Shown here piece by piece: positions 40,368 to 50,234 of a stretch of 64,000 bases of DNA. Below the pieces are notes generated by a model, which saw only the letters and a list, made by a program, of their open reading frames with translations, did no database searches and was not told the origin of the DNA. Positions within the stretch are counted from its first letter, which is position 1. Every line of letters starts with the position of its first letter. The position numbers and the translations under genes are program-made. This DNA comes from Candidatus Latescibacterota bacterium (GTDB taxonomy: Bacteria; Latescibacterota; CBDEFO01), in assembly GCA_965237525.1 (NCBI GenBank), contig CBDEFO010000008.1:1664001-1728000 (forward strand), in the 5' to 3' direction.

Positions 40368-41756
40368 ATGGACAAGAAATCGAAGCTATGGCGGGGCAGA
40401 TTCTCAAAGGATACAGATCGTTTAATGCAGAAGTTCAACGCTTCAATCGGCTTTGATCGCAGGCTCTTGGAAGTGGATATAAGGGGCAATATAGCGCAGG
40501 CGGAGTCACTGGAGCAGGCGGGTGTGCTTTCAAAAGAGGAGAAGGATCAAGTCATCGAAGGCTTAAAGCAAGTGGAGGCTGAGATTCTATCTGGTCAGTA
40601 TCAGTTGACAGATGACCTGGAAGACATACATACTGCCGTCGAGCTGAGGCTGACAGAACTTGTGGGGCCAGCAGGGGCGAAGATCCACACCGGGAGAAGC
40701 AGGAACGATCAGGTTGTCTTGGATGAGCGGCTATATTTGATGGACGCCATAGATGGCATAGTGGAGAAGATAACCGAGCTGCAATCTGTGCTCGTCAGGA
40801 GAGCGGAGGAGAATCTGGACGTAATAATGCCTGGCTACACCCACCTTCAAAGAGCGCAGCCCATACTCTTTTCCCACTACGGGATGTCGCTCTTCTGGAT
40901 GCTAGAGAGGGATAAAGGCCGCCTTCAAGATTGCAGAGCTCGTACCGATTCTATGCCCATAGGCTCCGGGGCACTGGCAGGGAGCGCCTTTAAGATAGAT
41001 CGCGCGGAGATGGCCGAAAGATTGGGATTCTCAAAGGTTTCGGAGAACAGTATAGACGCTGTAAGCGATAGGGATTACATTTTGGAATTTCTCTCAGCGG
41101 CGGCGATCCTGATGAGCCACCTCTCCAGGTTCTGCGAGGATCTCATAATCTGGTGCTCCAGTGAATTTGGATTTGTGGAGTTAGACGAGGCGTTTTCCAC
41201 AGGATCAAGCGCTATGCCCCAGAAGAAGAACCCGGATTCTTTAGAGCTCATAAGGGGAAAGTCGGGGCGCATCTACGGAAATCTGATGGCTCTTTTGACA
41301 GCGACTAAGGGTGTCCCACTGGCCTATTCAAAGGATATTCAAGAGGACAAAGAGCCGCTGTTCGATACTGTCGAAACTCTGAACGATATCTTGGATGTCT
41401 TCGCCGGAGTCTGGGACACGATGGAGATAAAGAGCCAAAGGATGTCCTCCTGTGTGGACGATTGGACGCTGACTACAGATATAGCCGATTATCTGACTAA
41501 AAAGGGGGTACCCTTCAGAGAAAGCCACACGATAGTGGGCGAATTAGTGAAAGAGTGTATGTCCCAAGGCGTGGAACTCCGCGACCTTCCACTGGAGGAG
41601 TTCAAAAGATTCTCACAGAGTTTCGAAGATGATGTCTATGGGATAATGGACGCAGTAAAGAGCGTAAACTCGAGGGACATCAAAGGAGGTACGGCAAAAA
41701 GTTCCGTACAGGAACAGATAGCACGGGCGAAGAAGTTGAATAGAGATGATAAATAA
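40368..41756 (+). CDS. argH: Argininosuccinate lyase
   Basis: LWRGRF, HTGRSRNDQV, GYTHLQRAQP, GSSAMPQKKNPD. Confidence 0.97.
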   Translation: MDKKSKLWRGRFSKDTDRLMQKFNASIGFDRRLLEVDIRGNIAQAESLEQAGVLSKEEKDQVIEGLKQVEAEILSGQYQLTDDLEDIHTAVELRLTELVGPAGAKIHTGRSRNDQVVLDERLYLMDAIDGIVEKITELQSVLVRRAEENLDVIMPGYTHLQRAQPILFSHYGMSLFWMLERDKGRLQDCRARTDSMPIGSGALAGSAFKIDRAEMAERLGFSKVSENSIDAVSDRDYILEFLSAAAILMSHLSRFCEDLIIWCSSEFGFVELDEAFSTGSSAMPQKKNPDSLELIRGKSGRIYGNLMALLTATKGVPLAYSKDIQEDKEPLFDTVETLNDILDVFAGVWDTMEIKSQRMSSCVDDWTLTTDIADYLTKKGVPFRESHTIVGELVKECMSQGVELRDLPLEEFKRFSQSFEDDVYGIMDAVKSVNSRDIKGGTAKSSVQEQIARAKKLNRDDK

Positions 41757-44525
41757 CAGGAGACGCGACGATATAGATAGGCTGAGGTCTATCCTGAAGC
41801 GGATATACAACGGGATGGATGAGAAGTTCAGGAGGCCCAATCAGGTTCTGGGACAGAGGAGTGCGATTGGCTGCGTAGCTCTGGAGATCACCCAGAGATG
41901 CAATCTGGACTGCACGTTGTGCTATCTGAGCGAAAATAGCGAAAGCGTCTCAGATCTTCCCATCGAGGAGTTGAAGAGGAGGCTCGATCAGATTAAAGTG
42001 AAATTCGGGGTAGGGACGAACGTTCAGATCACAGGCGGCGACCCTACTTTGAGACAGAAAGATGAGCTGATCGAGATCGTCAGATATACAGCAAAGTTGG
42101 GACTCTATCCGGCGCTCTTTACGAACGGCTTGAGGGCATCAAGAGAGCTTTTAAAGGAACTGAAAGACGCAGGGCTGATGGACGTGGCTTTTCACGTGGA
42201 CCTGACGCAGGAGATAAAGGGCTACAGAACTGAAGATGAGTTAAATAGAATCCGTGAAAAATATATCGAGAGGGCAAGGGGCCTTGGGTTATGCGTCATA
42301 TTCAATACGACCCTGTTCGAGGGGAACGCACACGAGTTAGGCGTTCTGGTGGATTTCTTTAAGAGGAATTCAGACGTAGTGTCAATGTGCAGTTTTCAAC
42401 TGCACGCGGATACAGGCAGGAGTATTCTGGGAAAAAGGGAAAAGGACATTACCATAGAGAACGTGCAAAGGAAAATATGCCAAGCTCTGGGGACAGAGCT
42501 CAATTTTGACAGCGTGATTATAGGGCATCCCAAGTGCCACAAGATAGCGTATTCTTTAATCGTGGGAGATAAGACTGTGGACCTGGTGGACGATGTGGAA
42601 CTCTTTTCGGATTTTCTGAGGGACTATGGTACCGTAGTCCTGGATAGAAAGAGACCCTATCTTACAGCTTTGAAGCTCCTGGGACTCTTAACGCTGAATC
42701 CCAGGTGGATGCCCCGGACATTGAAGTTTGTGGGAAGGAAGGTAAGGGAAAATATCTGGGACCTTATCGGATCAGGATTTAAAAGCCTTGTGAAATAGTT
42801 ATGTCCCAGGCAGCGTCTGAAGCGCCGATTATGGGTCAAAGAGTAGCATATCGTATCGTTTTGCTGTGGAATAAGCAAAATAGTCTTATCAGAGTTCTGG
42901 TCAGCAAGGAACAGGAGCTGTTTGAAGAACAGGATGCACTGTCTTTGACAGACAGGGCACACATAGACGCTTTCCCCCTTCTTATGAAAGATACAAGCCT
43001 CTTGAGATTCTGTACTGTTGCAACAAGATTCAACTGTTCATTCAGTGAGGCTGGTCCTCTGTAACGGGCTCGTCCCATACCGTGTTGTTGGTTGGCTTCA
43101 GCAAAGATATGTTCACTGCGTTTACGGAGTCTCCGGGAGAGTTTGTAGTCAGCTGTTAATGAGATAGACCGTGCATGATTTCTGGCTTTCGCCTCTCGCA
43201 CTTTTCTATCCCGTTCGGCCTGAATATGTGCTGGATTTGTCTTGTTTTTCCATGTAGGAATCGGTTCAATCTTCTCATCGGCTCGCAGAGGAATATGGGG
43301 TATGATTCCCCGGTCAAGTACATCAGCGATAAAATTACCAGAACCGTAACCGGTATCGGCACTAAGTGTCTGAATGTCTTTGGGCATGGTGTATGTTTCA
43401 AGGTCATCTACCATCTTAAGGGCACTTTCGGGCTCTGCTGTCCCTGTCGCCTGCGTGCCCTGAGTCTCAAGGATTACTCTGCTTTTTGTGTCGATCAGAT
43501 CATGGCCCATAAACGAGAGAAAAGCCCCTTTGCCCTTCGATTTGCTGTATAAGCGCGCGTCGGGGTCTGTAGTCGAACGGTGTGTTTGGTTCGTCCACTT
43601 TTCACCATGAAAGTCTTTATCCTGAGGATGCCCGGACCTACCCTTTGTCTTATCACCTTCAAAACCGATTCCCTTGAGATAATCATCAAGAGAAACAGGG
43701 GGTTCTATCGGCTCAATACTTTTCACTGAAGCATCAGCTTGTATCTGAGTGCCGTCGACACTAAGGTGTTTACCGCTCACAAGACCGACATCTATGCAAC
43801 ACTGGACTACCTGACGCATTATCCGTTCAAACAACCCACTGGATGCCCACTTGTGATTGCGAAGCTTGTTGATCGTGCTCCTATCCGGAACCGCATCATC
43901 AAATGTCTGATGACAAAACAACCGATATGCCGCATGCATCCCCACTTCCTGACAGAGCCGATTCTCACTCAAATTATACAGATAGCCAATAAGGATCATT
44001 CGAACAACTAATTCAGGATCAATACCGGGTCTGCCATTGTCAGGGCAATAACAATCTGATACAACGTCTCGTACAAATGAAAAATCAACTGCCTCATCAA
44101 TCTGACGAAGGATATGATCCTCGGGAACTAAATCCTCCATCTGAAAATAGTGAAACATCGGATTTGTCTGTTCCTGCTTTTGTGGGGTCATTGTTTCCTC
44201 CATGTATAATATTATCAATAACATAATATAATACATCGGAGCTGCTTTATCAATGCTTGTTCTATACTACTTTCTGAATCTAAGGGTTTTTCACAAGGCT
44301 TTTAAAGTGCGGAAACTATCGTTCTTTATCCACAATTTTCAGGATGCAGATGATCTTGACCCTGAGAGGATAGAGATGTGTTCTTTCCACTGCGCCACTT
44401 CCGATGGGTCTGTCTCTATGTGTCTTCACAATGCCAAAAGGGACGATTTCATATTGCCCCATGTAGAACCGATGTCGAGAAACACAGGAGGAGAACGATG
44501 GCAAAGTACAGAGTTGGGATTGTAG
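41746..44525 (+). pseudogene. Radical SAM protein (Tes/MJ0619-like features) interrupted by an IS
   Basis: CNLDCTLC, TGGDP, GHPKC; removing 42783-44305 restores GSGFK|VRKLSFFIHNFQDA...RIEMCSFHCATSDG..SMCLHN. Confidence 0.82.
42783..44301 (-). mobile_element. IS1182/IS5-like insertion sequence; transposase ORF 42836-44236
   Basis: Terminal IR AAGCCTTGTGAAA / TTTCACAAGGCTT; TTAA target duplication (42779-42782 and 44302-44305); DUF772-like N-terminus (VPEDHILR, GRPGIDP) and DDE motifs (VDGT, ADTGY, SEHIF). Confidence 0.92.
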
Positions 44526-44683
44526 GTTGCACAGGCATTGCGGCACGCAGGAGAGAAGACGGTCTTAATCTCCCGTTAGGAGAAGAGATGCCTGGTTCTC
44601 ACGCCGCGGCGCATGCTATTGAGCCTTCCACCCAGGTTGTGGCAGTATGCGATATTCTGCAAAGACAGGAAATACGAGGGTAG
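44498..44683 (+). pseudogene. Truncated Gfo/Idh/MocA oxidoreductase N-terminus
   Basis: MAKYRVGIVGCTGIA...HAAA...VVAVCD, then stops; strong AGGAGG RBS. Confidence 0.7.
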
Positions 44684-44699
44684 ATTTGCCCCTTCGAGG

Positions 44700-44990
44700 C
44701 TAACCGGCTATCGCTTGTACCCTTGTGGCAAACTCGAAATCGTTCTGGCTGATCCCGTCCACGTCGTGGGTGACAAGATCTATCGTTACTCTATTGTAGA
44801 CATTGAACCACTCCGGATGATGGTTCAGGGATTCTGCCACAAGTGCGACACTTGCCATAAACCCGAACGCCTCTACGAACGACCCGAACTGGAAGGTCTT
44901 GTGGAGCTTTCCCTCGACGATCTCCCAGCCCTCAAGACCTGATAACTGCTCCGCTATCTCCTTATCGGTGAGTTTTTCTAACTTTGGCAT
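44700..44990 (-). CDS. phhB: Pterin-4-alpha-carbinolamine dehydratase
   Basis: NHHPEWFNVYNRV, THDVDGIS..D. Confidence 0.92.
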   Translation of the reverse strand: MPKLEKLTDKEIAEQLSGLEGWEIVEGKLHKTFQFGSFVEAFGFMASVALVAESLNHHPEWFNVYNRVTIDLVTHDVDGISQNDFEFATRVQAIAG

Positions 44991-45168
44991 CTGCAACCTC
45001 CTCGGTTTTATCCTGCGAGTCTTCATCTGTATGCATAATAATAACAAAGTCCCACGCGAAGCTCAAGAGGTTAATTTGGCTGATTTTCCGTCTTTAGTTT
45101 ATATGATGTATATCTGCGATGCTGTATGAATCAGTTTTGCATTATTACATGATTAGAGGAGAGCAAAA

Positions 45169-45867
45169 ATGTCATCGACGGGTTTTAGGATCTTCTTTTT
45201 TGTATTCGCTTGCTTGCTTCTGGCTTCTTTAGCGGTCATCTTTCAAGATAACCGTTGGCTAGCAGCGATAGTTCTTGTAGGATTAGTTGCGCTTATTATT
45301 CTCACTCCCCTCTTTGAAAAAATACGTTCGCTGACTCGCTTTGGTGCAGAATTCTCTCCTGAACGTGTCAAAGTAACGGCAGAAGCTAATGGGCAGAGAA
45401 CGTCTATTCAAGGAAGCGTTCAGGAGCAGATGTCAACTCAGCTTAATGAAACCCAAAACGCTCTTGCTAAAGCTGTTGATGACATGTTAGCCAATGACCC
45501 ATCCGAAATTTCGCAACAAGATGTTCGCGAACAGGTACGGAGAGCTATTGATGAGTATATGTCGCAGGCCCAGCAGCAAGCAGTTGTTGCTATGGACCTT
45601 TCCATAGAGAGATTAATATTCGAGTACTTTCTTCGCGGTGCTGCTTTGTACGCTGACCTTCTAAAGCATCTAGCATATGTTCTTTTCGGGAGAGTAGATG
45701 ATATTGCAATAAATGATACTCACGAATATATTAAGCCCATTATTGAAAAAAAGCAAACGGACAGAACACTTGCTTTTACCCAAGTTCAAGGGAGATGGGT
45801 CGGTTATCTGATTCAAAGTGACATCTCTCCTGATCCGTCTAGCCCCTCTAATCAGACAGAAGAATGA
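45169..45867 (+). CDS. Hypothetical membrane-anchored protein
   Basis: Two N-terminal TM helices, helical soluble part, GGAG RBS. Confidence 0.6.
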   Translation: MSSTGFRIFFFVFACLLLASLAVIFQDNRWLAAIVLVGLVALIILTPLFEKIRSLTRFGAEFSPERVKVTAEANGQRTSIQGSVQEQMSTQLNETQNALAKAVDDMLANDPSEISQQDVREQVRRAIDEYMSQAQQQAVVAMDLSIERLIFEYFLRGAALYADLLKHLAYVLFGRVDDIAINDTHEYIKPIIEKKQTDRTLAFTQVQGRWVGYLIQSDISPDPSSPSNQTEE

Positions 45868-45915
45868 ATAAAGACATACGCAACAGGAGATAATCAGATT
45901 TTCAAGGAGAAATGG

Positions 45916-46875
45916 ATGTCATCCGATCAAACGCTCAAGGTATCTATGGCGGGCTACGGCTCCATCGCTGAAGAACACGTAATAGCCTTCAAGAAGATAG
46001 GCGGAATCTCATTCGGGACACTGGTGGGAAGGAGACCCCAAGAGACCGCTGATTTTGCCAGAGAGCACGGATTTGCCAGATATACGTTTGACTACGCTGA
46101 GGCCCTAAAAGAGAACGAGAGCCCCGTGATGGTCATTACCACTCCCAACGGTCTGCACTATCAGATGACGCGGGATGCGCTGTCTGCGGGCAAACACGTC
46201 TTGTTAGAGGTCCCGGCAGCGATGAGCTATCAGGAGACTGCGGACTTAGCCCGAAGGGCACAAAGTGCTAAGAGACGCGTCTTGGTTTGCCACACATTCC
46301 GCTTCACGCCGACCATGCAGAACCTTCGAGAGCGCATACTGTCCGGGGAGTTCGGTCGCGTGCACATGGTCCAGGCACGCCGCTGTCGTCTGCGCAGAGA
46401 CGAGGGCGTAAGCTGGAAGGGCCGCAAGCGCCACTGGCTGGACAGCGCTCACTGGCATCACGGCAGTCACGAAGTCGATCTGCTGCTGTGGATTACCGGG
46501 AAAGAGGTAGCCGAAGTGAAGGGGTTCGTCGAGCCAGCCGGCCGGGAGGCTCTGGACTCGGTCATCCTGATGCGCACGGAGGACGCAGCCATCCTGACTG
46601 TGACTGAGTCCTTCAATTCTCCCCTGGAGATTAATGATTACGTCTTTTTCACCGATAAGGCTACGATAGTCGTGGAAAATTCAGCGCGCGTCCTAATCGA
46701 CGGCAAAGAGGAAAGTGACATCGGGGAGGCGCACGCTCCGGCAGTCGAGTCTCAGAACCGGGAGTTCCTCCACGCCCTTAAAGAGGATCGCGAACCGTGC
46801 CCCAATCTTGACGACGTCCTGCCTGCCATGAAGGTCCTTCAGGAGGCTGAGGATAGCGGATTGAGGCAGGAATGA
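45916..46875 (+). CDS. Gfo/Idh/MocA family oxidoreductase
   Basis: GYGSIA, TPNGLH, GKHVLLEVP, H..HEVD. Confidence 0.88.
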   Translation: MSSDQTLKVSMAGYGSIAEEHVIAFKKIGGISFGTLVGRRPQETADFAREHGFARYTFDYAEALKENESPVMVITTPNGLHYQMTRDALSAGKHVLLEVPAAMSYQETADLARRAQSAKRRVLVCHTFRFTPTMQNLRERILSGEFGRVHMVQARRCRLRRDEGVSWKGRKRHWLDSAHWHHGSHEVDLLLWITGKEVAEVKGFVEPAGREALDSVILMRTEDAAILTVTESFNSPLEINDYVFFTDKATIVVENSARVLIDGKEESDIGEAHAPAVESQNREFLHALKEDREPCPNLDDVLPAMKVLQEAEDSGLRQE

Positions 46876-46954
46876 AGCCATACCGTCTATGCAGGAAAGC
46901 TCTCAAGATAGAGGATATGCAGTAAAGTCAATAACGTAGCAGGGGAGGCACACT

Positions 46955-47848
46955 ATGTCTAGCAACTCGGATTGGCCCTGGTTTTGGTCTCTTCATGCTG
47001 GAATGGTAGGCAGCGATCACGAGACAATAATTTCCACTTGCCAGACAGCGGGTGTCAATAGTATTGAAATGCCTTCTTATCTGATTGAGGGGATGGGGTT
47101 CGGGGAGTTAGAGGAACTGGAACGGCAGTACGCGGAGGCTGGAATCCGCATCGACTCCTTTCACCTTCCGTTCACTGCCGAAGATGATCTGAGCAACTTT
47201 TACGAGACCGGACGCCGCCATGCAGTTGACCGGATACGTCAATTTTTGGAGTTAATCCCTGCCCTGAAGGTTCGAGTAGCTATCCAGCATGCCACAACCA
47301 GCCCCATTTTAATGGGCGGTAACCTCCACAAAACGAGCGTTGACGTTGAGGGCTTCGATCCTTTCCTTCGTCAACTCGGAAAGAGCCTGGACGAACTCCT
47401 TCCGATAGCCGAGTCCGGCGGAATTCAGATCGCACTGGAAAATATGCAATCTCCGGAGGATGGCGGGAGATTCTGCTCGCGTCCGGAGCACTTCGAACGA
47501 CTCGCTGCTGAGTTTGACCACCTCAACCTGGGGTTTTGCTTCGACACAGGCCACGCTCTGATCTCGGTCGGCCCTGATCGAGTGGACGAACTCTTCGATG
47601 CAATGGCGCCGCGCCTTTGTCAGTTTCACCTGGCCGACAACGCTGGAGACAGGGACTCTCACCTTGCTCCCGGACGCGGATTGGTGGACTGGAACCAGTT
47701 CTTCCGGAAAGTCGTCCAGCTCGACTACCGTTACGGGATGTGCGTTGAGACGCCGCCATTTGCCCCTGGACCTAATTACGCCATGGAATCTTGGCAGCAG
47801 ATGTTGGAAGACCTCGACGAGATGGTTCGGCAGGCGCTCAGTAAGTAG
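46955..47848 (+). CDS. Sugar-phosphate isomerase/epimerase (xylose-isomerase-like TIM barrel)
   Basis: IALEN, CFDTGHA, FHLADN..DSHLAPGRG. Confidence 0.85.
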   Translation: MSSNSDWPWFWSLHAGMVGSDHETIISTCQTAGVNSIEMPSYLIEGMGFGELEELERQYAEAGIRIDSFHLPFTAEDDLSNFYETGRRHAVDRIRQFLELIPALKVRVAIQHATTSPILMGGNLHKTSVDVEGFDPFLRQLGKSLDELLPIAESGGIQIALENMQSPEDGGRFCSRPEHFERLAAEFDHLNLGFCFDTGHALISVGPDRVDELFDAMAPRLCQFHLADNAGDRDSHLAPGRGLVDWNQFFRKVVQLDYRYGMCVETPPFAPGPNYAMESWQQMLEDLDEMVRQALSK

Positions 47849-48004
47849 ACAGGGAGCACACCTTACCCCCTCCGAGATTGCTTCGGGGTGAGCCCCCTTG
47901 CATTGACAGTGTGTCCTTTGTTCATTGCGAGTCCCCGATTTAATTTATCGGGCGGAGCCCAGAGCCTTTAGCCCAGAGCGAAGCGAAGGGTCAGCAAAGC
48001 AATC
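47845..48004. repeat. Composite REP-like region: GAGATTGCTTCG...CATTGAC hairpin and a CATTGCGAG...AAGCAATC unit with an inserted palindrome
   Basis: Related units at 49313-49341, 51945-51978 and 52045-52072. Confidence 0.7.
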
Positions 48005-48045
48005 ACGGAAGACAATAAACAGGCCTCTGAAAGGCGGTTCTGCGC

Positions 48046-48074
48046 TTGACTTTCGTTCAGAATTTGCTTATATT
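48046..48074 (+). promoter_or_regulatory. Putative sigma-70 promoter
   Basis: TTGACT-N17-TATATT. Confidence 0.55.
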
Positions 48075-48192
48075 GCTGTAAAAATAGGGAATACATAGGG
48101 GCGCGGTAACACAACATCTACATTCATCCCCTCTGTATCCCCCCTTATTAAGGGGGGACTTAAAGGGGGGATGAGAAGCAACAACAATCACG

Positions 48193-49248
48193 ATGGAGAT
48201 ATACGACGTTGTAGTAATAGGAGCAGGTCCCGCAGGGGCGCAGGCGGCGATCAGCGCATCGCATCAGATGCGCCACGTCCTCGTCTTGGATGCTGGAGGG
48301 GTGAGCCGCCTCAAAGGGAGGGCCTACTGGTCGAAGTCAGTGATGTTCGAGGATGTCCCTGTCTTTAGCGGCATCACAGGGCCGGACTTTATAAAGGCTT
48401 TGCGGAAATGGATGGAATCGAGGCCCGTAAGGGATGTCCAGATAGCCGGGGTTGAAAGGAAAGCGGGCATCGAAATTAAGGGTGCAAGGGCCCTCGAGGT
48501 CTCAAGATCGGAGGACATCTTCGATATCGAAGCGTCCCTATCTCCCCTGAAGGGAGGTGCTCCACTGCAGATCGAGAACTTCTTCGGTCGAACGGTAGTT
48601 GTGGCTTCCGGGTTCGAGGATATTTGGCCCGATATCGAGGTGGACCAGACGGCAGAGAGGCTGTACCAGCGCTATCGGACTGTCTTTAGATATGCGGGAA
48701 ATCGCAAAGGCTGGCACGTGTGCATCCGCTGCGACGGTCACCTCCACGTGGACAGGGACATCGCTGTCGTGGGTGCGGGCGACTATATCTACGATGTCGC
48801 AGCGGGAGCTCAGGATTTCACAGATAAGATAACGATACTGACAAACGGAAGACCTCACGGGATGTCAAAGGAAGTGCTCGATACGGTGAAAGGGAGAAAC
48901 ATTCCGATTATCGAGGAGAGAATAGAAAAGCACATAGGGATGGGGACAGACCTTCTGGGATTTAAATTGGAGAATGGAAAGGAACTCTTCTTCGACGGTT
49001 TCTTCGTAGATGAGGGACTCGTGGCAAACGCTGAATTTTTAGACAAATGGGCAATAAGAACGGACGAGGAAGGTCTCTTAATAGTGGACGACGATAATCA
49101 GGTCCTCGATTCAAAGGGGAGCAAGGTCGAGGGTCTGTTCGCTGCGGGGGACATAGTCTCAGGGACGAGGAATCTAATAGCAAGCGCCTTCGGCTCGGGA
49201 CAAAATGCCGGTCTTGAGGCATGCGATTCCCTGCGCAAGTTCGATTAA
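48193..49248 (+). CDS. Thioredoxin-reductase-like FAD-dependent oxidoreductase
   Basis: IGAGPAG, CIRCDG, GLFAAGD. Confidence 0.85.
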   Translation: MEIYDVVVIGAGPAGAQAAISASHQMRHVLVLDAGGVSRLKGRAYWSKSVMFEDVPVFSGITGPDFIKALRKWMESRPVRDVQIAGVERKAGIEIKGARALEVSRSEDIFDIEASLSPLKGGAPLQIENFFGRTVVVASGFEDIWPDIEVDQTAERLYQRYRTVFRYAGNRKGWHVCIRCDGHLHVDRDIAVVGAGDYIYDVAAGAQDFTDKITILTNGRPHGMSKEVLDTVKGRNIPIIEERIEKHIGMGTDLLGFKLENGKELFFDGFFVDEGLVANAEFLDKWAIRTDEEGLLIVDDDNQVLDSKGSKVEGLFAAGDIVSGTRNLIASAFGSGQNAGLEACDSLRKFD

Positions 49249-49550
49249 GCGTTAAGTGCCACCACATTGTGGCACTCATCATTTAAGCCTTGCGATTCCT
49301 CAGCTGAGCAGCGTCATTGTGATCCGAAGCGAAGCATTCTCAATCATCAAGCGACCTTGAAGCGTCTGACCCCCCTTTAATTCCCCCCTTGTTAAGGGGG
49401 GATATTAGGAGGGTGAATGTAGGGGTGATCCCCGATTGAGACATTCGGGGACAGGCCCATGTGTTCGCCCGATTTATCCGTATTTTTCAGGGCAGACCTT
49501 GCATTTGTTGAAAAGATTCCTAAATTTACAGATGGAGAAAGGAGTACAAG

Positions 49551-49928
49551 ATGGCTGTCTTTATGCATACCAGAGTTCGGGTCAGCGACCTTGACAGGTC
49601 TATTAAGTTCTACTCTGACAATTTAGGTTTCGCGCTCAAGAGTCCGCCTCACGGATCGCCTCACGGCAACCAGATCGCCTTCTTGGAGTTGCCTGGCAAC
49701 GACCACGGCTTCGAACTGACCTATTCAGCGGACTACAAGCTGAACGTCCCGGAGGACCTGATGCACATAGCGATCGGGGTGCCCGATCTTATCGCTCTTT
49801 GCGATGAGTTAGAATCTAAAGGAATTGAGATCTGGCCCGACGGATGGCGGGAGAAATTCAAGACCGAGCACAAGATGGCCTTTATAGACGACCCTGACGG
49901 CTACGAGATCGAACTGTTAGAGCGCTAA
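49551..49928 (+). CDS. VOC family protein (lactoylglutathione lyase-like)
   Basis: HTRVRVSDL, ELTY, HIAIGV, DPDGYEIEL. Confidence 0.87.
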   Translation: MAVFMHTRVRVSDLDRSIKFYSDNLGFALKSPPHGSPHGNQIAFLELPGNDHGFELTYSADYKLNVPEDLMHIAIGVPDLIALCDELESKGIEIWPDGWREKFKTEHKMAFIDDPDGYEIELLER

Positions 49929-49983
49929 GATGGGTTAGATGGACATGGAAAAATTGGCATTCTGAAGTCGGCTTGCCTGACGC

Positions 49984-50079
49984 GACGGAGGGTGACGGAT
50001 AGTTATAGTAGAACTTTTCATTATTTGCTTTCCAATTAAAACTGAGAAAGTTATAGTAAACCCTCCGTCACCCTCCGTC
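49984..50079. repeat. 16-bp perfect inverted repeat around an AT-rich core (origin-like)
   Basis: GACGGAGGGTGACGGA (49984-49999) / TCCGTCACCCTCCGTC (50064-50079); internal direct repeat AGTTATAGTA. Confidence 0.75.
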
Positions 50080-50234
50080 ATTGCCACAAAGTGTGCATGT
50101 CAGTCCACTATATGACCCTGATCTCTGGCTCTTTGCAGATCTTGATCTTCAACGTCTTGTAGGTCTTGATATTCATCTTCAAAATCTTCGAGATCGTGAT
50201 CTCTAATGACTTGCGGGTCTCGATCAGGAAACTT

